A stretch of DNA of 64,000 nt, from contig OZ255726.1 of the NCBI GenBank assembly GCA_965277405.1, forward strand, positions 1,536,001 through 1,600,000, read 5' to 3'. Shown piece after piece: positions 26,301 to 38,300 of this stretch. The position numbers and the translations under genes were made by a program. Numbering within the stretch: position 1 is the stretch's first letter; the number at the start of each line of letters is the position of its first letter. This stretch comes from Gammaproteobacteria bacterium (lineage in GTDB: Bacteria > Pseudomonadota > Gammaproteobacteria > G965277405). Below the pieces are notes generated by a model. That model saw nothing but the letters and a program-made list of their open reading frames with translations. It was not told where the DNA came from and did not search any database.

Positions 26301-29300
26301 AATCAATAATGGAGAATTTGTTGCGGTTGAATTTTTAACGCCGAGCAAGCAGCTCAACTATGCCGAGAATATTTGGTTTTCATTTTCACCAGATAAAGTT
26401 GAATATAATCAACAGCTAGAGTTGTTAGATGCAACAGTAAGATCGTTCCAAAACATTCCAAACCTCAGCGTTATCGCTTGCCCATCCTGCGTACTTTCGT
26501 CACGGCCTGCTGGCAACAAACAAGGACTACATGCCCCAACAGCAGCTGCAAATGGCTTTACGTATACAGATGCTAACTTGGGAGAATCAGCAACACAGGT
26601 TGCTGAAAAAAACCTATTGATTGCGTTTGGCATCGGCAGCAATGGCTGTACTCCACAGGCGGTAACCCACCTATACCAAGAAACAAACCCAGCCGCATCA
26701 ACAGTCGATATAGCCGTTATCTGCGCCGCTAGCCAAGCAAGCAACCCACAACTATCAATCACCCTCACAGCCGCAGGATTTGGTTTTAGCGATTTTAGCC
26801 AAGGGGTTGGCGGTGATAATCAAAATTTGAGTCAAAATTCCAGCGCAAATACCCATACATTTACCGTCGATATTTCCGCAGATTCAGACCACTTACTTGG
26901 GTTAGTGTTAGAGCCGAATTCCCGATATCTGCTTACTATTGATGACCAAATATTGGTAGACAGCACCAGCACATGGGGGACTGGGGTATTTAAACCTTGG
27001 AGTCCAGCGACAAATCAAACACATGGATTAAACCATGCCCCAGCTCAAACCAACCAGCAAGCACTAGCTATTTGGCTATATGAACTGCGCGTTATTTACG
27101 CCAGCCCATACACCAATGCCACCAGCGAGTTTGCCCGCCATTTGAACGCGATGGCTATTGAGCATGGTTTTCCAGTGCCCAAGTCTATTGCCTTTGCATA
27201 CGAGAATTTTTCTTGGAATAGAGCGCATGACTTGTTTGCCAACAACCCAGTTTTCCTTGCTAATACAGGTAAATACCAAGGAAAATCTACCACGATAGCC
27301 AGCGATGCAGATATCAGTTTTAGTGTTGATGAAAGTCTGTTTCAAGGCAAGCAGCAGCAGTTTTTGATATACGCAGATAATGGTAATTCTTTTACACAAG
27401 CGGCTAATATAGCGGATAATTTTACCCCGCAAGCAATCGCCAACATTAGCGCTGTCAGCAACAAAGGCTGGCGGTTTTTTAGCAACGTCTCATTGGGCAC
27501 TACCACCGTTACCATGCCAAGCCCATCAGACAGTCATAGCAATTCATATGTATTGGTGCTCGATGCCAATAACAATGGGGTAGATGCTGCCGATAGGCGT
27601 ATCCCGCTATCATCAACGCATGCAACAGCAACGAATACTCCACATAAACTGTTTGGACAGCTCCCCATTAGCGCGGGCAGGAGCAGCGTCTATGTTGCGA
27701 TAATCAACCCAGCAATATATACATCAGCCCAAGCTCTGCTGGTTACGCCAGGGTCATATACCACAGGTAGCAAGATTGAAGCTACACTGACATTAGCCAA
27801 ACCTGTAGACATTAGCTATGATGCTACAGTCACAAACGCTAGCCCTGCGACGCTTGACTTTATTTTCTCAAATGCAGGCGGCGACAATCCACAGCCGCAA
27901 CAAGCGACGTTGAACTATCCTCTCGCAGCTAGCACAGAGTTGGTATTTAGCTATACCGTACTAGCGGGTGATAGCAATGCCAACGGTGCAGTGCTGTTGC
28001 CAGCTAACCCCGCGATCAACTGGGGAACAGGTTTAGTTATTACCAAGCCGAGCACTACTGCTGGAGTAACAGTGCTACCATCTTTGGCTGGGATAACATT
28101 TACTGGCACACGGGTGTATGTTAATACAAGCCCACCACAACCTGTGGCGGTGCATGTTGAAAACAACCAAATATGGTACGGACTCGATGCAAAAATTGCT
28201 ATTGGCGTACTATTTGACAAATATGTAACAATAGCTACTACAGCTGCTACAGCTAACAACCCAGCAATAGCCTTGACTATCGACAAAAAAGACGGCACAA
28301 CTACAACTGTTCAAGCAATAGCCACTAGAGCAGATGATAAAAAAATAATTTTTGAGTATGTTGTCGAGACAGGGCTATTTGATAGCGACGGCATAACCTT
28401 GCAACAACAACAAACAGAAGAAGTAACGATCAGCAACTTTGCCAACATCACCACGTATGGCCTAGCAGCGACAACTGGCAATATCACAGCACTGGCAAGT
28501 GGTATCGGCAGACAAATAAAAGTTGATAGCCAAGCGCCAATATTGACATCCGCAAGGTTTGATGTAGCAGATTACACCCTCACTATTGGCGACACCTTAG
28601 CTGTTGCTCTTGAATTTTCAGAGGAGGTTGCCCTGACCAACGCTGGTATTAAACTAAGACTACCAAATATAGACGGCAGTCGCGCCCTATCCTTAACCGC
28701 TATCAGCGCCCGCGATACATTAGCAAGCACGCATAGATTTATGCTTGCCGTTACCGATAGTAATTTTATTTTTCCATCACCGCCACAGCTGCAAGTTGTC
28801 AACGCCACTGCAATCCACGATATTGCTGGCAATCAACTCGCTGCACATACAGCCAAAACCATTGCAGGAACAGCAGTTGGCTTTGAAAACACCACCAAAG
28901 CAACCATTATCCAAGCACAGGTGCTAGCCCCACCATTTGCAGATGGCCACTATGTGCTGGCACTCACGTATAACCGCGCAGTGCATGTCCAACCAAATGC
29001 AGTATTATCAGTAGCGCTCAATATTGGTGTGAATAATGCAGGCGCAACACCAGCAACACGCTCCATGGCGGCACTTGTTAATCACCACACGCTCGAATTT
29101 AACCTCGGCAGCAACGTCACCGCGTTATCAGCTAACGACACCCAGTTGAGCATTATTAGCAGCAACCCTTGCCAAGCTACCGCCGCCACCACAACCGCTG
29201 CAGCTGTCGCCACAACCACCGCCTGTATTGTCGATAGCGCCAAGCAAGCCGCGGACTATTCGTTTGCAGCCTTTGCCAGCAATATTGCTTTGGACAAAAT

Positions 29301-32300
29301 CATCCCAACAACCAACGCACTGCCAATACAAGGCTTGCAAGGCTGGTATTATCCAAGTGATGACCAAGGATTTGTCGCCACAGCAGGCTGTGAATCTGCT
29401 AGCAATGCGCTGAGTTGCCTGCGTGATATCCATGGTGCCAATCATGTTGAATTTTTAGACCCTGCTGTGTCGCCAAACATAACAAACACCCACAAACCAA
29501 CATTTGTATCGCCAGGGCTGGTATTTCATAACTCGGTTGGCATAGCCAAAAATGAGTTTGATGCAACCAATGGCATTACCATCGCCGCGGTGTTTGTACC
29601 CAGCCAAGACGCAACAGCGGATAGTTGCCTGCTCGCAGTAGGCGATGCTAATAACAGCATGCGCCTGTGTTATCAATATACGTCCAGCACAGACTCAATT
29701 CACACCTATACCATTACCGCAACTAACGGTAATAATACCGCCACAATTGCTGCCACCACAGCTGCCGCAATAGCTGACGCAGCAATATTCACAGTCGTCA
29801 GCGCAACAGCTACAACGCTGACGCTGGCAACAAGCGCCAACGTGACAGATGATGATACCTCAGCCGCGGCTGCGTTGCCTGTAGCAGCCCAGCTAGTGCT
29901 TGGTCATGCCAGTGCAGCTGGAGGCGCCGCAATACAGCAACCATTTATCGGCAGCTTGCAAGAATTAGTCGTCTACAACAGCGGTAAAAATAGCTGCGAA
30001 ATTGCCAATATAGCCAGCGCGATGCGTAGCAAACCAACTAGCTTGCCGTGTGTCACTAATTTAGCAGGGCTTACTGATGCCGAAATCTCAGCTAATGATA
30101 CAACGCCAAGTATTGCCTTTTGGCTGCGACCAGAAGATCTCAACTTCAACGCCGATCGCTCGTATACCTGGCGCGCCAACACCCACACTGATAGCCCGAC
30201 TGCAATTACCTCTAAGCCAAAGCTAACAAGTTTACGCCAGTTATCAAAAGATCCAGTTTTTGGTGGACTGCGCGTTGGTAACGATGATCCAAGTGGTGAT
30301 TATCAATGGCAACATGAAGCAGAGGAACACCGTAACCCTGCCTTAACAATCCCAGGCCCCCTGATGGGCGTCGGCTTAACCGTAGCGAATAACATTATTT
30401 ATATAGTTGCTAAATTTAAGGCAAAAGGCTGTTTGCTAATATTGGGCTATGTAGATGAAATATCCGACCATCAAGAAAGAGAAAATAATGTTATTCCTTG
30501 TGGGATGTCTAGTCACAGAATGAAAACACCATTTGCAGTTGCACAAACTGTTATAGCAGCCAAGAACTTGCTTTTAAATACCGACGTAGTCACCGCAAGA
30601 ATGGGAAATATTCGCAATGCACAATGGTTCCCTGCGCAAATAATTACTATTGATGGTCGATATCGCCAAGGCCAAACAGGTGGTTTATCAATAAATGGCT
30701 ATACCAATAATCAAACATTTAGACACCAAGGAAATGCAGGTTATGGGACTATAATACATGACTATAGCGCATTCACCCGTGGCGGCGGCACCCTCAACGA
30801 GATTATCGTCATCAACAACGCTGCAGACAATCTAGCTACCCAGCAGCTCGCAACCAAAATAGCTACCTACTTGTCAGTCAAATACGGGGTTGTTGCCGAT
30901 AATCGCTATGGAGATATAGCAGATCAAAGTGTCGATCTAAGCACCATCCGCTCCAGTACGGGAATGCTGTTGTCAAATACCAACGAGCGATATACATATT
31001 TTTCACAGCAAAATATGCCAAGAACGATGGCAAGCAACGACCGTTATTCATTTGCAGTGCTAGGCAGCGACGCTGGCTTGGGAATCAACAACCTCAAGGC
31101 AGTATTGACAGATTCTCCCAATGTCCATTTTGAGGCGCATTTACTCGCAGCAACAAATAACTTGATTGCATTTAACGGCAGAATACTCAACCAAGGTGGG
31201 GAAAGGTTGGCAGATTATGAGGTGGATTGGACGTATCTTAAATCGTTTGTTGATGATATTACCCCAATTAAATATTCAATAGCCCAACAGTATGAATTCC
31301 CACTCCATGTTTACCAAACCACCACCGCTGCTGCCACAACAGTCCATTTTGATGCATATGTTGCCAGGCAGAAATATCTACTTGGCTTTGATTATGCGCT
31401 ATATGTGTATGATGGCGATGGCGATGGCGATGGTGATATTTCGTTAGCGGGTACCTTCTACCCAATGACAAAACATGAATACATTAGTGATAGCAACAAT
31501 GATCTGTATCAAAAACAACGCCTGAGCGCTACCGTTACCTTAAGCGATAAGCAGTTTTTTACAGTCGCGCGCATCCGCACTGGCAGCAACAGGCCAGCAA
31601 TCTGGCTCAAAGCCGCAGACGTGGATATTGTCAACAGAAAATGGAAAAATGCTGGCGCGCTACCGCTAACCTTAGCGTTTGACCCAGCCGCGCACATAGA
31701 AATTTTGCAACAAAGCAATGGTATGGCTGCCCTCAATATTCAACAATATCGAGGACGGCAAGGAATAACACCGCTGCGCGTGGCAGATAATTTTGCTGGG
31801 CATGATATGCCGCATCTGTATGCAGTTATTAAAAACGACGTAAATGCCGTGCCTGCGGCACAGCGTAATAAATATTTTTGGCAAGGTTCGAGTAACGTTA
31901 ATCTCTTCGCTATCATCCCCCAAGGGCAGAACTTTAGCGCAGCAGCCAGCAGCCAAGACGTCGCCTGGTATTATGATAAAAGCTGGAGTGAGGATGTTGC
32001 AGATTGGCAGGGCATTGCTGGGCGCAATTTTGCTGACGCAGCCACCTTGCAAAACAGCAATCAAGCCAACAGTGTTTGGCTCTACCGCAGTTTAGGGCGT
32101 GGTTTGCGCGCCCATGCTTTTGGTAATAAACTATTGGCAAGTAACGCCAGCCAACAGCCAAATAGTTTCGACGCGGTCACCCAAACTCACACAGCAACAG
32201 CTCCACAGCATTTAGCAACAGCTCCATATGCCCCATTGCTGCAAGATTTAGACACCGCCGACCAAGCATTGCAGCGTGCTAGTGCCACCAAGGTAATCGA

Positions 32301-35300
32301 CGTCGGCTATATCAATCCAGCACAAGGCAAAGTAACAACCACCAATGTAATGCGCGCAGCAACCGATTATTCTGCAGATAGCACTAGCAACCTTGGGATG
32401 AAAGGCCGCTACATTCTTCTATATAAAAACCGCGGTCCAGGCGCGTTTATGCGCCTCAATGAAATAGACGTCATGAGTAATGGTAATGACATCAGCGACC
32501 GCATTCAACGCAATGCTGTAGATGGCGCAGGGGCTAGTATTAAATTGTACAGTGGTCGACAAAACTGGACAGAATACACGAATAAAAATAGTTTAATGCT
32601 ACAAGAGTATAAGCTCGACCCAAGTATTGGTGATAATCCTAGTCCAGCACAGTTAACTACGTTGGATGATAACAACGAATTAGCGATGGAAACGCTGATA
32701 GACGGTACTAATACAGCCGTTACCAATGCTGCCAATGATCCATATCAGTGTGCAGCTGGTAATAACCGGCTTTCTTCTGGCATATTAATTAACAACGATC
32801 TTTCGCATGGCATACCACATAATACAGCTACTATCGATCAACCCCAGCACCATTGGTTTATGTATGGATCCAAGCGCAATGGCTCGAACACTCCAAATAT
32901 CCAAACCACCTCAAGCTACGAAGTAACAAATGTATTGTTTGCCTATCCTGCGGCGATAGGGGCTGATAATCCATATGACTACATTCGCACATATGGCATG
33001 TGGATTCAACTCGACTTGGGCAAGGTTATGCCCATCGATTATATTGATCTGTTTGCCAGCTGTGGAGCAGAAGACGCCGCCGCTAATTTTGCAGGGATAC
33101 AAATATTTGTTGCTGAAACCACTATGGTGGATTTAAGCAAAGATACTGCGAGCCACATTCAGCAAGTCCTTGGCTTAGCTGCAGCAACAACAGCGTATTC
33201 AGTCACGGTTAAACCATTCGCAACAGCCGCGGCGGTGACAGTTGCCAATAACAAACAACGTTTCTACGCATCTGATTTTCGCAATCCAAATAATGCAACC
33301 AATTTATACAAACAATTTGCAACAACAGCTGGAGTAGTAACACCGCTGCAATTGTATTTGTTTAACGGACCACTGCAGGCATATGCCATGCAAAACCCTG
33401 TGATAGCGGAGTTGTTGTATTTCCCAAGTTATACCCATCAAGCTGCCAACAAAAAATATATCAACAGCTATTTAGCCATGAAGCATGGCAGTTGGCATCA
33501 TCCGCAGTTTTTTGGTGAAGCTGGGATAATAAGTAGTGCTGATAGCAGCGTATATGCATTTGCAAACAATGCCAACTATCTGCGTGCCACAGCAGCTGCA
33601 ACTGACGACACCTTCTCACACAATTTAATCGTCCTCGGCAATGACCCAGGCTATCAGTTTATCCGCAATGCCGGCGCAGCCTTGGTCGAAGACGGCAGTT
33701 ACAACCCGTTAACGGTAGAATTATTAGCCCCTGCACCCGCGTATGCATTTATTGCGATTGCTGATGATGACGGCAGCCCAGGTCGCGACATGACCGACTA
33801 TGTCAATACAAGAAATGGCAACGACATATCCTATGACGTACCACGCCGCTGGCGGATACAACGCACTGCTAATTCACCGGCTTTCAGGCTAAAGTTTGCA
33901 TTACCTCCTTTAATTGCCGCTAAAGCAGTCAGCGCACAAGTTATCCGCAGTCACTCAAATTCTACCCCAATCCGTATGTCACTGGTGGGCAACGTTGCCC
34001 AAACCGATGATTTTGCTAGCGCACTCAACGGCGACCTCACCGCAGAGTTTACCTTTGCATTTATATTTCAAAACGACAGCCCAATCCAAACAAACAAGAT
34101 TAAAGCTATCAAAATCGATGCGGATACCAGCCGTGTATACGTTAGCGACGAAACGATAATTATTGACGTGGAATATACAGAGCCATTGCAAGCTGCCGCA
34201 TTTTTGAATTCAACCAGTTTGCAATTGCAAATTGGCGATGCAACAGCTGATATAAGCCAGGTTGAGTTGCTCAGTTACCGCAACACCTTGCGTTTTAGCT
34301 ATACGGTTCAACCTAGTCATCGCGATGCTGATGGCATTACTGTTAAGCAACTGATCCCAGGCACCATGAGAGATGCCCAAAATCTGGCGCTAGATACCAC
34401 ATTGATCGCCAGCGAGGGTACAGCCAGAGTAAATGGTAGTACTGTTGGGGTAGCATCGATACGATTCATCGCACCAGATCCAGAAATTTTACAAAACGGT
34501 GCCGGATATTCCAATGTTGGCAACGCTAGCATCCAAGTCTTACTCAATCAACCCAGCTCAAGCGCACAAATCAAGGTGTATAACAACGCTACATGTACAG
34601 GAGCAGCAGCAACACATAACCTTACCTCCAAGCAGCGCAGCCATATTATAACAACAGCTAGCAATACCACGCCTGGCACAACCCAATATTCTTTTAAGGT
34701 AGCACCAGCTAACGACTTAATGGGTGACACCGCCTGCGCAGCAACCATATTGAGCTATGTGTATGAAACTACCAAGCCAGATCTATCTGGCGATGTCGTC
34801 GTCAGCGACCCAGTTCTACCCAACCAAGCAAGAAATAATTTTATAGGGCTGCGCCTCAAGCTACAGTTTAATGTTCCAGTCTACAAAAATAGCGTAACAC
34901 TCGATAATTTACGCATTAAAACTACCATACCAGCTAATCCGTCAACTGAGCACTTTGCCGCTGATGATGTGTTGACATGGATTACAACAGCTAACTCCAC
35001 AGCTAAGCTAGCGCAGACCGCCTATATCACCATCGGCAGGCAAACAACATTGCCCAAACAAGCCACAATTCAATTCGCCGACCCCACACTAGTTATAGCG
35101 AGAAATGGCGCGAGCAACGACGCGAACGAAATAGCAGCACAGCTTGGCTACGACCGCCTAGCTCTGCATATAGGACCAGTCGCAGCTAGCGTCAATGTGA
35201 TTGAGACTGAAGCCAATAAGATCAATAATGGTCATACTGCGTATGGCATCGTTGGCAATAGTGTATACGACAGCGGTGATAGATTTGAATTGCTATTTGA

Positions 35301-38300
35301 TACATCATTTGACGGTTTGACCGGTTTGACCAGTTTAACTGACAACCAACACATCCAAGTATTACGCCAAGGTGATTCAGCCGCCAGCTTTGCAAGCGCA
35401 GCTACCGCAACCCATAACAACAATACCAACAAGATTACCATTACTTTAGCGACTGACTCACTCCTACCAAATGATACAATAATCGTTAAAAAAGCAGTAT
35501 TTGGCGCTGGTGTGGCATGGGATGACGCAATATTTATTGTCCCAGATAAAATACAACCAGTGTTGCTAACCGCCAATATATACAACCCCAATGGGACTGC
35601 AAACCCGTATACAGCAGGCAATGCCATTGTACTGGGCTTTAGTGAACCGTTGCGGCTTGTTCAAGATGTAACTGCAGATGCTTTTCAAATAAAACCACTG
35701 AATCAAATCTTGGATTTTAGTGTTGATACCAGTCCAGAGACATTGGCTAAAGGACAAATTCGCTTAGTAATCAATACAACTCAGAATATAACTGCAGTGC
35801 CTACCATAGCTGTGCGACATTCCATGACGACAAAAATCACAGATAACGCTGGCAACCCTTATCTATACCTGAAACAAACGGGTAGCGCTGGCAACAGAGC
35901 TATAGAACATCGATTACCAACCTCAAACGTTCCTCATATAGGGAATATGACCATAAATTCTGGCACCTATACATCTGGCGATACCCTCACTTTAGTTATG
36001 ACTTTCAACAAGTTTGTTCGTCCATCGCGTACAGCAGGTAGAGGAACTGTTACTTTAACTATTGGCGGTAAAGATGTATTGCTGTATTACGTTGACGGCA
36101 TACCAGATGCTAACAACTCGTTTGCCCTGACAAAAACAGTGGAATTTGCTACTGTTGTTTCTGGCATGATAGACCTAGACGGCATCAGTTTGCAGGCAAA
36201 CACTGATCGACAATTTTATAACGACAATCCTACTGGATTTTCGATTGGTGGCAATGCACTTCATGCTATCTACCCCGCGCAGGACTTTCCAGGCGTCAAA
36301 ATAAACGCACCATTTCGTATTGGCAACGGTGTTGCTATATGGCTTGACTCAGCAGACCTCGATGCTGACGGTACCCGTGATGCGCCACTCGGGTTTAATG
36401 GTCTGAGTTATATGAAGTATGATAAGGAAGGAACCAGAAAATATGACATTACCAATGATGACCTGCCAGAGAGTTTGCAAGTCAACCATTTTGATGATAT
36501 GCGCGCTGTTTGGCGCAGCAAAGCTGCTGCCCCATGGGATGGGCTGTATGTGATCAATGGAGCTGACATGAGGCCGCCTGGTAATATTGAGGGTAAAAGC
36601 AGATATTCAGGGCGGTTGCGCGTTGGTCAACATGTTTGCCGCAATGAAACTCCGGGAATAACACCTGGTGATAACGAAGGAAGTTCTAGAGGAAGTAGTT
36701 GCGCTGAGGTTAAAAAATACAATTTGTATGTTGGTGAAATGCGTCTTGCACCGCTGAGTCATGAAATCCAGCAAAATTATTTTAACGGGCTGCCGGTTAT
36801 CGGCGCGGTACCAACAGAACCTGATTCAAAAGCAATTGCTCGTAATTCAGCTGGGTATATGCAGCATCTGGCCTCAACAGATAGCTCAATATCGATTGCT
36901 AATTATCAACCTAACCGTCTCTACACAGATACACGGGTATGGTCTATTTTTGATAAAAAACTAGAAGCAATAACCGAATTAACGCTGATGGGCTTAATTA
37001 AATCTATCCCAAGATTTATCCCTACTCCAGCAGGTAGTGGAAGGAATGCGGCAGACAACTATAACGCTATTTTTACTACTAGATTAGCTGCGATAAAAGG
37101 AATCTTTCTAGGGTATTTATATGATTCAAATCAAGTAGACCAGAATTTTAATACCTATAATTTACTGATAGGGTTTAGAGGGCAACGTCCAGGGTATAAT
37201 ATACGACCACTACTTGGTGAATTAACGAATGTCAGCAGCAATCAGCGATCGGGATATGGAAGCGATGAGGATGTCAGAGCCACACAGGTTATTCCTAATA
37301 TTACCGAGCCGACATTGATGGAAGCCGTATTAGCTCTTGGTAATAATCCAACTCGTTTTCAAATGTATTATGGCGGCAGACAAAACTCTAACTACGGTAG
37401 CAGCAATTCAAATTTAACTTCATATACTAGATCTTCAGTATTTGCTTCAACCAGTATATCGCCATCCAGGAGAACTCCCTACGACCCGCATAAAGCACCA
37501 ACTATAGATCCTTTCAGTACCGCGTATTATCCTGAAGTACTGTATTACAGCAGAGTGCTAAGCCAAGCTGAACGCCTAGTCGTACGCAACTACCTGAAAG
37601 CCAAGTGGGGGCAGCTTGGTTCTATGCCCAGTGGCAAGCAAACCAATGGCTGGAATGGCGATTTTACCAGCGATGATAAATATCGCTTTGACCCAACCAG
37701 CGATACTGCTAATGATATTAGCTCATTTCGTGAAAACGTTACGGGTATTGTCAATATGACACCACCACCAGACTTACTACCAAATCGAGGAGGAGCAATA
37801 CAAAATGTTACTGACGACACCAGCAAAGTAGCTGTTGCGCAAACCGAAGATGGCGTTGTTGCCATACAAGACAATAGCTTTTTGCTTGACCGTGGCGATT
37901 CAATTTTTATCGGCACCAACCATTACCAGCCAACCAAAAGGTTGATGACACAGGTGAATGATGCGTACCGCAACATCGGCAAAGTATTCGACTATGTCTG
38001 GGCGATGGATATTCGCGATTTAACAACTATTAAAGATGGCGGTGGCGTTTCTATTATTGTGGATATTAGCAAGATTGTGAATGCAATTGATTTAGCGTTG
38101 CTGCAGCAAGCTGCTGAATTTGATGAAAATCATGGCAATATTGTGTATTCATTTAGCGAAGATATCAGCGCGGATACCGCTACCTCGCAACTCATTGCCA
38201 AGAAAAATAATGTGTATTTGCTTGGCGCTGCGGACTCAGGCACCTACTCCATATCCGCACTATCTGAACCTATGATTAGCTCGTACCAACGCATTGCCAA

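Noticed and set aside
517-37919. Many 60-140 aa ORFs antisense to or overlapping the giant genes
   Set aside because: They are shadow ORFs of biased coding sequence with no recognisable motifs.
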